From: Vulcanimicrobiota bacterium
GTDB taxonomy: Bacteria; Vulcanimicrobiota; Vulcanimicrobiia; Vulcanimicrobiales; Vulcanimicrobiaceae
Direction: 5' to 3'
NCBI GenBank assembly: GCA_963833095.1
Contig: CAWHWQ010000005.1
Location: 544,001 to 608,000 of the forward strand
DNA: 64,000 bases
A program made the position numbers and the translations under genes. Below, one piece after another: positions 9,095-19,470 of the stretch (position 1 is the stretch's first letter; every line of letters starts with the position of its first letter). Under the pieces are notes generated by a model. It was not told the origin of the DNA. It saw nothing but the letters and a program-made list of their open reading frames with translations, and made no database searches.

Positions 9095-11532
9095 CAGGCA
9101 GGCACCACGTCGAGTTTTGCAGCTCGCGCACGCCGCTCGGTGGGCCGGCCGATCATCTGCACCTCGCGCATTTCACCCGCCTCCATTTGCACGCGCGCAG
9201 TATGCCCACGAAATTCGACTTGAACCGGCCGAGACCGATCGAGCATGTTGCACACGAAGATCCGCACCGCGCCGTGCTCGTCCTCAAAACCTATCGCACC
9301 GACTTCGACCGGAGAGATCGTTACTTCGTCGCTTACGTCGCGACCCGCAAAAATGCACGTGAAAGGCTCTTCAGCCGAAAGTTCGGACATGTTGCCGTAG
9401 ATGCGATCGTGTAAGAGGTCGATCACGTAGCTGCAGCGCTTGCCGCCCCAATGTACGCGCGCGGCGGCGATCCACTGCCAATCCTTGGGACGGAGAGGCG
9501 CCAAATGCGGACGGCCGCTGGTGCGATAGCCGTTGAGCCCACCGATCGTCTCAGCAACCGCCCACAAATATTTCGCTCCGGTCCAGGGCGAGAGATACAT
9601 ACCTCTATTAGCCATCGACCCGCCATCAAACCATTCGCCGAACTCACCCGGCACGGTGTTGCGCGCGCTCCCGACCTCCATGGCCGCATAGACGACATTG
9701 AGAAAATGCACGCACTCTTCGACGAATCCATCACGCGCGAGCGCAACGGCGAACCACAACGTGAGATCGGGCCAGATTCCGCCAAGCAGACCGAATCCAT
9801 ACGACGGAAAGTACCATGCATCAGCCGTCGAGATCGTGCGCAATCCGACCGGCGTCACAAAATCCGCTTCCAGCAGCCGGCGTAAAATCGCTTTTCGCTG
9901 CTCGGCCGCTGCTACGCCGAACAAGACCGGAAAGACCTCGTCGGAAGTAAAGTTGTCCTGATAATTGCGATCTTGGTCGTAGTTCAACGCGAACGCACCG
10001 GTGTCGTCGTCGTACAAGTGGTCCATCATCGCTTCGCGAAGCGCCTGCGATTCGTTTGCGTACTTTTCCCAATTATCCCAATCGCTCGCTACCGCGCACA
10101 GCATCGCCGCAGCCTCGAGCGCGAAGACGCCTTCGGCGTTGATTTCAGTCACCGCCCCGTCGAGCGTGTAGTACGGGATGATGTTGCGCCACGAGGAGAT
10201 GCCGTACATGTCGACGCCCTTGGCTTTGCAAAAGAGCAGTCCCTGATCGTCACGCTGGGTGAGCATATAGTCCGCTAACTTCACGATCAACGCAAGGCGT
10301 TCGCGGACCCAGCTTTCGTCGAGCGTAGCGTTGTAATAGTGGAGCATTGCAATGAGATGCAACGGAGTGTCGTCGTTGATATTCAAATCGTACGCCGTAG
10401 CATAGCCGTTGACGCCGCGGACGTACTCGATCATCAGGCCCGATTCATCGACGCACTTATTGAACACTTCGAGCGCGTCGCGACTGAACTCGGGCCAAAA
10501 GTAGTCGAATCCATGCACGAACCACGAGGTGTCGCGCGAGACCAGAATATCCGACGGCGGCGAATTGGTGGAACCCCAACCCTGCGGATATTCCTTGACG
10601 ATGCGAATCATGTTGGCTTTTGCCCACGCGACGCCGCGGCTGATCTCGGGGGAAGGCGTCATGAAGCGCGCGTCGGCCAAACGGCGCGCGTAGTAGCGCT
10701 GCGTGTCGTGCAAGGCGCGTTCGTCATCCAGCAATCGCTCCAGGACGGGAAGGCTTTTTGCGGTACCGTCCTTGTGAAAGACCACCGCAAGCCGCAGTGC
10801 CTCGCGCGCACCCGGCGCGATGGAAATGCGATATTCGAGCGCGCCGTAGACGCGCCGTCCGATCATGGTCGAACGCTCGGCGGCGCCTCGCCCAAAACCA
10901 GGCATGCCTTCGGGCACAAGCGAACCGCGCCGCATACTTTCAGAGAGCACTTGTTCGCGTAACGAAAGCGAGACGGCGCGCGGCTCGCGTGAGCCGCCCC
11001 ACCAGCGCTCGGCACCGGTTTCGTTACTCTTCGAGCAAATAAAACGCCCCTGCGACCAGGCGGTCATCTCGGTCTCGGGCTCACCGTAGAAGCGCTGACC
11101 CACCAGCATCGCCCAGGGAAAGACCGCGACCTCGACCGGTTCCGATCCCGGATTGTAGAGCGTGACGTCGACCACGAATGAAACCGTGCGATCGAACGAC
11201 TCGCCGAAAGGCACATAAAATGCCTCGGTCACGTGCACGCGATGCTCGAGCGTAAATTCTGCGATCTGCGCGTAGGGAAGGAAGGTCAGTTCGCGCGTGA
11301 TCTGGTGAGGAAAGAGGGTCGTCCGCTGGTCTTCGACGATACGGTAAGCAATGTGATGCGTGCCGAAGATGATCTTGTCGGTGTCGGCATCCCACAGCCC
11401 ACGAATGCCACCTTTTGCGGTGGACTGCGCGTAGGACTTGTAATTCCCGAGCAAGAGCCCGTAGGGCGTTTGCGATTCAGGAACGACGTATGCGCAAAAC
11501 TCGTTCCGCTGCGCGTCATAGCTCGGACCCAC
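9094..11532 (-). CDS. Glycoside hydrolase, (alpha/alpha)6-barrel (amylo-alpha-1,6-glucosidase/glycogen debranching-like)
   Basis: SRDTSW, DDTPLH, TEINA, TPVGLRTIS, GGIWP motifs; 812 aa. Confidence 0.75.
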   Translation of the reverse strand: MGPSYDAQRNEFCAYVVPESQTPYGLLLGNYKSYAQSTAKGGIRGLWDADTDKIIFGTHHIAYRIVEDQRTTLFPHQITRELTFLPYAQIAEFTLEHRVHVTEAFYVPFGESFDRTVSFVVDVTLYNPGSEPVEVAVFPWAMLVGQRFYGEPETEMTAWSQGRFICSKSNETGAERWWGGSREPRAVSLSLREQVLSESMRRGSLVPEGMPGFGRGAAERSTMIGRRVYGALEYRISIAPGAREALRLAVVFHKDGTAKSLPVLERLLDDERALHDTQRYYARRLADARFMTPSPEISRGVAWAKANMIRIVKEYPQGWGSTNSPPSDILVSRDTSWFVHGFDYFWPEFSRDALEVFNKCVDESGLMIEYVRGVNGYATAYDLNINDDTPLHLIAMLHYYNATLDESWVRERLALIVKLADYMLTQRDDQGLLFCKAKGVDMYGISSWRNIIPYYTLDGAVTEINAEGVFALEAAAMLCAVASDWDNWEKYANESQALREAMMDHLYDDDTGAFALNYDQDRNYQDNFTSDEVFPVLFGVAAAEQRKAILRRLLEADFVTPVGLRTISTADAWYFPSYGFGLLGGIWPDLTLWFAVALARDGFVEECVHFLNVVYAAMEVGSARNTVPGEFGEWFDGGSMANRGMYLSPWTGAKYLWAVAETIGGLNGYRTSGRPHLAPLRPKDWQWIAAARVHWGGKRCSYVIDLLHDRIYGNMSELSAEEPFTCIFAGRDVSDEVTISPVEVGAIGFEDEHGAVRIFVCNMLDRSRPVQVEFRGHTARVQMEAGEMREVQMIGRPTERRARAAKLDVVPA

Positions 11533-11580
11533 TTGTGGGCTCTACGCCCTTGACCGCAGCGCCCCTTTCGATTGAAACTA

Positions 11581-12456
11581 ATGCCGATGACCTTCGCTTG
11601 CCCTGCAAAAATCAATTTGACCCTTGAAGTGATCGGGCGCCGCGACGATGGCTACCATGCGCTGCGCAGTGTCATGGTGCCACTCGAGCTTGCCGACGAG
11701 CTGCAAATCGTGCCGGCCGGGCACTTTTCATTCACTTGCAGCGATCCAGCGCTCGAGAGCGATGACAATCTCGTCGTTCGGGCGGCGCTGGCGCTCAAAC
11801 CGCCACCCGACTATACGATGATCCTGCGTAAGATCATACCGACGCAGGCCGGGTTGGGCGGCGGGTCGAGCGATGCCGCCGCCGTCCTCCGCGCCGCGAT
11901 GGCCGGCGCGTTCGGGCGGAGTTATGCCGCTGACTGGCTCGCGCTTGCGCGTTCACTTGGCTCGGACGTGCCTTTTTTTCTTTCGGATTCCGGCGCGCTG
12001 GTTGAAGGGACTGGCGAGCGAGTGACCGCGCTGGGCGCCCTGCCTCCCTGGCACGTCCTGGTCGTCAAACCGCCGGTTGCCGTTTCGACGGCCGCCGCTT
12101 ACGCGCAACTCGATCGCTCGCCGTTGCCGTCGCGTCCACGCAGTACCTCGAGCTCGCTCGCCATGCTGGCCGCGCTTCAGCGCGGCGATTTTGATGAAGT
12201 CACGCGCGCGCTCACCAACGATTTTGAAGAGATCATCGCCGGGTCGACACCCGAAGTCGCGCGCGCGATCGACGCATTACGCAGAGCCGGCGCAACGAAC
12301 GCGCTGTTGGCAGGTTCGGGCTCGGCCGTGTTCACGCTCGCGCGCGACGCGCAGGTAATCGCGCAGATCGTCGCGCGGCTCGATCTGGATGCGGCATACG
12401 CGCGGTACCCGACGACGTTTGCGCAGAGCCATTCGTGGCGCAAAAACACATCATGA
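11581..12456 (+). CDS. ispE: 4-diphosphocytidyl-2-C-methyl-D-erythritol kinase
   Basis: PAKINLTL, AGLGGGSSDAA, LGSDVPFF, GSGSAVF. Confidence 0.95.
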   Translation: MPMTFACPAKINLTLEVIGRRDDGYHALRSVMVPLELADELQIVPAGHFSFTCSDPALESDDNLVVRAALALKPPPDYTMILRKIIPTQAGLGGGSSDAAAVLRAAMAGAFGRSYAADWLALARSLGSDVPFFLSDSGALVEGTGERVTALGALPPWHVLVVKPPVAVSTAAAYAQLDRSPLPSRPRSTSSSLAMLAALQRGDFDEVTRALTNDFEEIIAGSTPEVARAIDALRRAGATNALLAGSGSAVFTLARDAQVIAQIVARLDLDAAYARYPTTFAQSHSWRKNTS

Positions 12457-13226
12457 CCACCGCCGTCGTTCTCGCCGGTGGGCCGGCGGATGATGTGGCG
12501 GCGCTAGAACGCGGCGCAGTCAACAAGGCCTTCGTGCACATCGGCGGCGTGACGCTGGTCGAGCGCACGCTGCGCGCGCTTCGCTCGAGTTCGCAAATCG
12601 ATCGGATCGTCGTAGTCGCACCGGTTGAGGCTCATACGGATCTCGCATTGGCGCTTGCCGACGAACGGCGCGCGGACGGCGCGAAGATTCGAACGAGTTT
12701 GCGCAACGGCCTCGATGGCATGCCCCCGGACGAAATCGTGCTCGTCAGCACGTCGGATTTGCCCATCCTCACGCCGGCGTCGGTCGATGATTTCGTCGAG
12801 CACGCGCTCGAGCAGGACGCCGACCTCGGGTACGGCTGCGTCGAGCGGACCGTGCACGAGGCCCTTTATCCCGAGGTTCCCCACACCTGGGCACGCCTGC
12901 GTGACGGGACGTTCTGCGGCGCCGGATTCGTTGCGATCAAACCCCGCATTCTTCCCACGCTCGAAGGCTTCATCGAACGCCTCGGCGCAGCGCGCAAGAA
13001 TCCGTTACGATTGGCCTCGATCTTCGGTTGGGACGTGCTCGCCCGCTTTGCGCTAGGCCGGCTGACGATTGCCGGCGCCGAGCGGCGCGCATCGAGCTTA
13101 CTCGGCGCCCGCGTCTGCGCGCTCGTATCGCCCTATCCCGAAACCGGGGTCAACGTAGACCGGATTAGTGACGTTGCACTTGCGGAACGACTCGTGCTAG
13201 CCTCTCTTTTACCAGCCCAGGAATGA
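12453..13226 (+). CDS. MobA-like NTP-transferase family protein
   Basis: AVVLAGG..., NKAF, SDLP, VNVD motifs. Confidence 0.8.
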   Translation: MTTAVVLAGGPADDVAALERGAVNKAFVHIGGVTLVERTLRALRSSSQIDRIVVVAPVEAHTDLALALADERRADGAKIRTSLRNGLDGMPPDEIVLVSTSDLPILTPASVDDFVEHALEQDADLGYGCVERTVHEALYPEVPHTWARLRDGTFCGAGFVAIKPRILPTLEGFIERLGAARKNPLRLASIFGWDVLARFALGRLTIAGAERRASSLLGARVCALVSPYPETGVNVDRISDVALAERLVLASLLPAQE

Positions 13227-13233
13227 GGAGTAC

Positions 13234-13833
13234 ATGTCCATTCTTTCCGACGTCAAAGAAATTGAAGCAAAGGTCCGCGAGTCAATGGAAAACGGGCCGG
13301 TGACGCCCTACTATACGTTGCCGCTCGACAAAGTCTATGAGGTTCTCAACGCGGCGCTGGCTTCAGAGATCATTTGCGTGCTGCGCTACAAACAGCACTA
13401 CTACATGACCACCTCGATCCATCAGGAACAGCTACAAGATCTCTTCAAAGAGCACTGGATGGATGAGGAAGGCCACCTCGAACGGATTGCGGATCGGATC
13501 AAGCAGCTTGGCGGCGTTCCCAACCTGGACCCCAACGGCATCAGCAAGCGAGCCTTCTCCAAGTTCGAGAGCGGTCACACCTTGGCCGACCTCCTTCGCG
13601 AGGATCTCCTCGCCGAGCGCGTGGTGATCAAGATGTACGGCGACATCGTCACCTTTTTCGGACAAGCCGATCCGGTGAGCCGGCGCATGTTCGAGGAAAT
13701 CCTCAAAGACGAAGAAGATCACGCCGACGAGATCGCTGATCTCCTCTACACCGTCGATCCCAAGACGGGCAAAACCGCCGAGCAATTCGCCGGCGACGGT
13801 GTGCTACAGCCCTTCAAAGCCAACGGTAAATAA
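13234..13833 (+). CDS. Ferritin-like (bacterioferritin/DPS-type) protein
   Basis: ASE, EEGH, AER, EEDH diiron motifs; strong SD gaggag. Confidence 0.85.
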   Translation: MSILSDVKEIEAKVRESMENGPVTPYYTLPLDKVYEVLNAALASEIICVLRYKQHYYMTTSIHQEQLQDLFKEHWMDEEGHLERIADRIKQLGGVPNLDPNGISKRAFSKFESGHTLADLLREDLLAERVVIKMYGDIVTFFGQADPVSRRMFEEILKDEEDHADEIADLLYTVDPKTGKTAEQFAGDGVLQPFKANGK

Positions 13834-13834
13834 C

Positions 13835-14401
13835 TTAGGTCGGAGTTCTCCAGCGCTTGAACAAGTCGTTCGTGATTCCGAACTGGTCGAGCGCCTTGCC
13901 CACCGTATGCGCGACGATGTCGTCGACGCTCTGGGGAGCTGCGTACATCGCGGGGATCGGCGGCAGGATTACCGCGCCGATCTCGGCGAGCTGCGCTAGC
14001 GTACGCAAGTGACCGAGATGCAGTGGGGTTTCGCGCACCACCAGCACCAGCTTGCGCCTTTCCTTTAGACACACGTCGGCGGCGCGCACCAGTAGATTAT
14101 CGTTGATCGAATAGGCTATCGCACTTGCGCTCTTCATCGAACATGGAATCACGAGCATCCCGTCGGTGACGAACGATCCACTCGAGATCGCGGCAGCAAG
14201 GTCGTCGCCGCGATGCGCGACGTCGGCCAGCGCCTCGAAATCATCGGGCGTCATTTCCATTTCAAGTTCGATCGTCCGACGTGCCGCGTCGCTAATCACA
14301 ACGTGCGTCTCAACGCCGCCGATCGCGCGCAACGCTTGCAGCGCCATGTAACCGTAAGCGCTGCCGCTCGCGCCGCTGATCCCAATAATGATGCGCCGCA
14401 T
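13835..14401 (-). CDS. ubiX: Flavin prenyltransferase
   Basis: GISGASG, SSGSF, PCSMKS, RAADVCLKERR, RETPL. Confidence 0.93.
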   Translation of the reverse strand: MRRIIIGISGASGSAYGYMALQALRAIGGVETHVVISDAARRTIELEMEMTPDDFEALADVAHRGDDLAAAISSGSFVTDGMLVIPCSMKSASAIAYSINDNLLVRAADVCLKERRKLVLVVRETPLHLGHLRTLAQLAEIGAVILPPIPAMYAAPQSVDDIVAHTVGKALDQFGITNDLFKRWRTPT

Positions 14402-14459
14402 GATTCCCCTTTATACGCCGGATGCAGGGGCGCCTGGTGCGACCTGTAACTCAAACTGT

Positions 14460-14731
14460 AGCGACCTACAAGTCGGGTGCACGTAGTGTTGCTGCATGTT
14501 TTCGGGACGAGCCACAAGGAGCGATGAGCGACAAAAGCACAGCTTTGCGAGCGAAGAGCGACGACGTCGCTCGCCCGAAAACGCGCAGCCCTCTGGGTCA
14601 CGGGCAGCGCGGGCGCGCTGGCTTCGTTGCTCGTCGGTCACAGAGCTATGGCTATGCTCCCTCCTCGCGCCTTGCCAATCGCACCCGCGGTGCCCACGAC
14701 AACACCACGCGCACCCAACTTGCAGGTCGCT
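14460..14731 (-). repeat. 272-nt Y-shaped palindromic element (MITE/REP-like or structured RNA)
   Basis: 32-nt terminal inverted repeat 14460-14491/14700-14731 (28/32), two internal stems 14491-14512/14569-14589 and 14597-14617/14680-14700. Confidence 0.8.
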
Positions 14732-14735
14732 GATC

Positions 14736-15992
14736 GTGAACGCTTCGCTGGCTGCTGCATTTATCGCCGATCTTCGCGCCTGGTGGGATACCCGAGAAGA
14801 CGCAACGCTGATTCGGGCGCTGCGTTCGCCATTTTCCGGCGTGCCGCACGACACTGCTGCAGCGTACGCGACTGCCGCGACTCGTGTCCCGCCTCTTCTG
14901 GATGCGATCTCGCGTGGACTCCTTGCCGTGCCGACGGCGGAACGCGACGCGCTGTTGCAATTCGCCGAGCGCGTTCGTACGCTCGAGCCCGAAACCGATG
15001 TATACGAGCTGTTTGCAATCACCGCCGGCGCTGGCGACTCCGGCGAAGACGATGGTTCAGATTTCGCGTTGACACCTGGACAAACGCCGGATCCGCGCTC
15101 CGGTGTACGCGCCCGTCAGACGCATTTTTCCGCCTCGGCACTCAACGCGTACGCGGAATGCGCGCGCAAATGGTACTACCGCTACGTTTGCGCCGCCGTT
15201 GAGGACGCGCCTTCGTCGGCGTCGACCTACGGAACGGCATTCCACGCCGCGCTCGAAGACTTTCACGGTGAATTTCCGCAGCCACGTTCCGAGGACGAGG
15301 CGGCAATGCGTGCAAAAATCGCCGGCTACGTGAATTGGGCATTTGAACGCTATCGCGATCAGTTCGATGCGCCTGTCGAATTCGAACTGCAAAAGCGCCG
15401 GGCCCTGCGCACGGCGGAACGATACGTCGATTGGCTGCTGGCCGAAGCGGCGCGCGCGCCTTTTACCGTGATAGGCCGCGAGATCCCGGTCAACCTCGAT
15501 CTGGACGGCTTCGATTTTGTCGGGTTCATCGATCGCCTGGATCGCGACGAACGTACCGGCGCCGTGAGCATCTTCGATTACAAAACCGGCTCGATCGCGA
15601 CCAGTGCCGCCGAGTATCGCGACGAGGTCCGACGCTTCAACGATTTTCAACTTCCCTTCTACTACTGGGCGCGCAGCGCGGCGGGCGATCGCGTCTACCG
15701 GCTCGCCTTGATTCCGCTCAAAGACGCCTTGCTTGACGTCGTCCCGATTTCACTCGAAGTTGTGGCGGTGGCCGGCCCAAATGGAAAACGCAGCGCGTCG
15801 CCGAGCGGCACGATCGCCATCGCCGATCTCGAGCGTGCGCGCTCGCGAATGATCGAAATCTGCCGCGAACTCAGTTCCGGTAAGCTCGAACGCTTCGCTG
15901 TGACCAGCGACCCCGCAGCCTGCACGTACTGCGCCTACCGCGACGCCTGCGCCGACCGGCCACACGACGAGCGCGAGCGCTTCGGACGATGA
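14736..15992 (+). CDS. PD-(D/E)XK RecB-family nuclease with 4-Cys Fe-S staple (AddB/AdnB-like nuclease domain)
   Basis: FSASAL..Y.EC, GTAFH, GFIDRLD, DYKTG, QLPFY, CTYCAYRDAC; start uncertain (ORF is open from 14496). Confidence 0.85.
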   Translation: MNASLAAAFIADLRAWWDTREDATLIRALRSPFSGVPHDTAAAYATAATRVPPLLDAISRGLLAVPTAERDALLQFAERVRTLEPETDVYELFAITAGAGDSGEDDGSDFALTPGQTPDPRSGVRARQTHFSASALNAYAECARKWYYRYVCAAVEDAPSSASTYGTAFHAALEDFHGEFPQPRSEDEAAMRAKIAGYVNWAFERYRDQFDAPVEFELQKRRALRTAERYVDWLLAEAARAPFTVIGREIPVNLDLDGFDFVGFIDRLDRDERTGAVSIFDYKTGSIATSAAEYRDEVRRFNDFQLPFYYWARSAAGDRVYRLALIPLKDALLDVVPISLEVVAVAGPNGKRSASPSGTIAIADLERARSRMIEICRELSSGKLERFAVTSDPAACTYCAYRDACADRPHDERERFGR

Positions 15993-18052
15993 TGACCATC
16001 GATTTGCGCACCGAGCAACAAGAAGCGGTTGACGCCGGCTTCGAGGCGTCGCTCGAGATTGCCGGCGCGAGCCGTAGCGGAAAGACCACCGCGCTGCGAG
16101 CGCGCGCGCGACGATATGAAGATGAATGCGGACGCCCCCATCTGTTTGCAAACCATCCGTGCGAACTCGTCGCCTTGGCCCGCGCAACGCTTGACGCAGC
16201 AAACACACCGGTTCGTATCGTCGATGAAATGGAGGCGCGGCGCGCATTCGCTCGGTGCGCGCAGCCGCTTCTCGAGCTTACGTGGCCGGAGCTCCTTAAG
16301 GGAACTATCGATCCCGAGGTAGCGGCGTTGCGTATGCCGCAGCGCTTTGTCGAGGCAGCCTATCGTATGGTACGCAAGCTACGCGACGCGAACATCGATC
16401 CGCAGACCTTCCTCGACCGGTCGCTCGCTGGTGCAACCGATTTTTACGCTAAGCCGCCCAATTTCGCCCACTCAGCGCTCATCGCCGCGACCAAGGATGC
16501 ATATCGCGACTCGCTCGACGTCACGCCGCAAGAGCTGCAGCGGCAATACCGTCGCGAGATCGACCTCGCGAAGATTCTGCATCGGCTCTACGCAGACTAC
16601 GTAGCGTCAACACACGCAAGCGACGCATTGTGCGAAAGCGATGCCGTTGCGCTAGCCCTCGAGCGGCTGCGCGAACGATCCGAGTTGGCGCATGCCGTGC
16701 GCGAACGTTTCGCGCACGTCTTTGTGGATGAGATGCAGGAAGCGACGCCCGCGCAACGCGCCCTGCTCGACACCATCTACGGGATGCCGCTGCGTAGCGT
16801 GAGTTTCGCGGGGGACGCAAAGGCGGCGACGAGCCGCTTTCGAGGCTCGCGTCCCGATGTTGCGCTCGCGGGCGCACAGCTCACCGTGCGGCTCACTCAC
16901 GCTGCGGGCAAGCCGGCAATCTCGATGCATCGCACGAAGACACAGGTCGACGAAGCGGCATTCGTGGCCGAACGGATACGAGAAGAAATCGAGCGCGGTG
17001 TGCCCCCCGAAGAGATCGCCGTGCTGTTCCGGAGCAGCGGCGACGTGCAAATGTATCTCGACGCGCTTCTCGAGCGAGACATTCCAGCAGCCGCCGCCGG
17101 TGACGTCAACGTGTTTGCCGATCGCCGCGCGCTCGACGCGATCGCCCTCCTTTGGAACGTTTGGGATCCGTTTCGACATGAATGGCTCCTACGAACGCTC
17201 AGCGGCAAGGCAATGGCGCTCGCGGATGCGTCGGTTGCCGTGCTTTGCGCCGATCCACCTAGTCCGCAGGCCGCGCTCTTCGCGCTCGACCTCGAGCAAG
17301 CTCCCACGGCGCGAACGAGCCGTTGGGATCCCAAGCGCGACGTGCGCCTCGGATGGAACGTGCTGCGCGGTGACGCCGATATTTCCCTCAACGAAAGCGC
17401 TCGCGAACGCATCTTGCGCTTCCGAACCACGCGAGACGGGTGGACCCAGGCCATGACCGCATTGCCGCTGGCCGCGTTCGTGCGCAAGGTTTGGTCGGAA
17501 GGCCTCGCGTCCGAAGGTCCGCCGGACTCGGCGCGCGCGCGAGCCCAGCAGCATATCCTGCGTCACGTGCTGCGCCGTCTCCTCATGCTGCAACGCGAGC
17601 GCCCGAGCGCGACGCTCGGCGATCTACTCGCCGACATCTCGGAGCGCGCCGAGAGCGATTGCGAAACCTGCGACGCCACCCTCGATCCGGGATTCGTGCA
17701 AATGCTCAATATCGACGAAGCCCGCGGACGTTCGTTCGCCTTCGTTGCGATCCCGGACGCGCGCGCAGGTTCGTTTCCGCGTTGGTACGTTCCCGATGCC
17801 TTTCTTTGGAGTCCGATGCTCGGCATGATTCCGCGCGAGAACGCCGGTGCGGCGCGAGCCTCGCGCACGGCGAAATTCAGCTACTATCTCTACCGCACTA
17901 AGGCACGCGACGCATATAACGCGCAGGAGCGCTGCGCGTTCGAGTACGCACTTTCGCGCGCGCGTGCCACGGTACTGGTGACGGCTTGCGGATCGCCTAC
18001 GCGTGGCATTACGGCGCCCGAATTCTTGGAAGAGCTGCGCAACGCGCGATGA
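15989..18052 (+). CDS. UvrD/AddA-like SF1 helicase, divergent, without nuclease domain
   Basis: GASRSGKTT, VDEMQE, AGD...FRGS, IAVLFR, EYALSRAR. Confidence 0.8.
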   Translation: MMTIDLRTEQQEAVDAGFEASLEIAGASRSGKTTALRARARRYEDECGRPHLFANHPCELVALARATLDAANTPVRIVDEMEARRAFARCAQPLLELTWPELLKGTIDPEVAALRMPQRFVEAAYRMVRKLRDANIDPQTFLDRSLAGATDFYAKPPNFAHSALIAATKDAYRDSLDVTPQELQRQYRREIDLAKILHRLYADYVASTHASDALCESDAVALALERLRERSELAHAVRERFAHVFVDEMQEATPAQRALLDTIYGMPLRSVSFAGDAKAATSRFRGSRPDVALAGAQLTVRLTHAAGKPAISMHRTKTQVDEAAFVAERIREEIERGVPPEEIAVLFRSSGDVQMYLDALLERDIPAAAAGDVNVFADRRALDAIALLWNVWDPFRHEWLLRTLSGKAMALADASVAVLCADPPSPQAALFALDLEQAPTARTSRWDPKRDVRLGWNVLRGDADISLNESARERILRFRTTRDGWTQAMTALPLAAFVRKVWSEGLASEGPPDSARARAQQHILRHVLRRLLMLQRERPSATLGDLLADISERAESDCETCDATLDPGFVQMLNIDEARGRSFAFVAIPDARAGSFPRWYVPDAFLWSPMLGMIPRENAGAARASRTAKFSYYLYRTKARDAYNAQERCAFEYALSRARATVLVTACGSPTRGITAPEFLEELRNAR

Positions 18053-19005
18053 AATTGCGGGCCATCGATTTCGACACGTACGCAGCCGAAGTACTTCCAC
18101 ATACGGCAGAGTTGTGGGCGGGAGAACGCACGCGGGATCGCTACATCGCGCAGACCGCAGAGATCGCGCGTTGCGGGTATGGGCGGCGGCATTACCGCAC
18201 GGTGGGACTCTACGAAGATAAGCACCTGCTCGCATCGTTCAAGCGATACGAGCGGACGCTGCGCGTCGGCGGTGAGCGCTTGCGAGCGATCGGAATTGGG
18301 GCAGTCTTCACCCCTGCCGAGCTGCGCGGACGAGGTTATGCAAGCGCCATGCTCGCGATGGAGCTCGATCGCTCGCGCTCCGAGGGCGTCGACGTCGCGT
18401 TTCTTTTCTCCGATATCCGTCCGGAGTTTTATTCGGAACTCGGCTTCGTGGCGATGCCGTCGCGCTCGGTAACTTTGCGTGCCGACAGCCTGCCGCGCTC
18501 GCGCGTCGAAGTTTGGGGACTCGACGATCGCGACTGGATCGGGGTACAGCGTTGCTTTGAGCTCGGGGAAAGGAATCGAGACTGGGCCTTCGTGCGAACG
18601 CCGCTGGTGTGGGAGTGGCTTCGCCTGCGTATGCGCCATGGATCCGAGCACCCCGAAAGTATCGAGACGAACCTGGTGGTGCGGCGCGGGCGCGCCATTG
18701 CCGCCTACGTGCTCGGTGCGCGCGCCGCACGACACGATGCCTTTATTCTCGATGAGTTCGGCTTTGCCGACGCGCAAAGCGCCGCGTTGATCCCGGCACT
18801 ACTTCGCAGCGCGGCGGGCGACTTGCGACGCGTGACCGGTTGGCTTCCCCCGGAAACGTCGCGTGATATTTTGCCCCACGTCGCGGTGCGTAAGCGCGCG
18901 AAGGCCGTGTTCATGGCTGCGCCTCTCTCGCCTGCGGCAAAGCAATGGGTGAAGCTCGCGGCGGACGCGAAGATGGACGGCGTGTGGAGTTCCGATCACA
19001 TCTAG
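18049..19005 (+). CDS. GNAT acetyltransferase (Eis-like)
   Basis: GIGAVFT..ELRGRGYA, FYSELGF. Confidence 0.8.
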   Translation: MKLRAIDFDTYAAEVLPHTAELWAGERTRDRYIAQTAEIARCGYGRRHYRTVGLYEDKHLLASFKRYERTLRVGGERLRAIGIGAVFTPAELRGRGYASAMLAMELDRSRSEGVDVAFLFSDIRPEFYSELGFVAMPSRSVTLRADSLPRSRVEVWGLDDRDWIGVQRCFELGERNRDWAFVRTPLVWEWLRLRMRHGSEHPESIETNLVVRRGRAIAAYVLGARAARHDAFILDEFGFADAQSAALIPALLRSAAGDLRRVTGWLPPETSRDILPHVAVRKRAKAVFMAAPLSPAAKQWVKLAADAKMDGVWSSDHI

Positions 19006-19020
19006 CGTCTCGAGGTGGAA

Positions 19021-19470
19021 ATGCTAACGCGCGGAGATCACATTCCCGACGTGCCCCTGGTAAATGCAGACGGCGCAATCGTCCTGCTCGGCTCCTTGGT
19101 CGACCGGCCGGTGGTGTTGTTCTTTTATCCTAAGGACAATACGGCGGGATGCACCGTCGAGGTATGCGGCTTTCGTGATGACTACCAGGCTTTCGTGGAG
19201 GCCGGTGCCGACGTCATTGGCGTCAGTTCCGATGATACGCAAAGCCATACGCGCTTTCGCGAACGCCATCATCTGCCGTACCGGCTGATGAGCGACCCCG
19301 GTGGCGTCGCGCGAAAGGCCTTCGGCGTACCCAAGACGCTGGGCATTATTCCCGGGCGCGCGACCTTCGTGATCGATCGGGATGGAACGATTCTCTACGC
19401 ATTCAATTCGCAGTTCGCGCCCGAGAAGCACGTGACCAACGCGCTCGCCGCGTTAAGCGTTCCCACCTGA
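19021..19470 (+). CDS. bcp: Peroxiredoxin Bcp/PrxQ
   Basis: FFYPKDNTAGCTVEVCGFRD. Confidence 0.9.
   Translation: MLTRGDHIPDVPLVNADGAIVLLGSLVDRPVVLFFYPKDNTAGCTVEVCGFRDDYQAFVEAGADVIGVSSDDTQSHTRFRERHHLPYRLMSDPGGVARKAFGVPKTLGIIPGRATFVIDRDGTILYAFNSQFAPEKHVTNALAALSVPT

Noticed and set aside
13740..13833. Encapsulin targeting peptide on the ferritin-like protein
   Set aside because: No LxIGSL-like motif and no encapsulin gene in the window
14496..14735. N-terminal 80 aa of the listed nuclease ORF
   Set aside because: It is a translation of the palindromic element with non-protein-like composition
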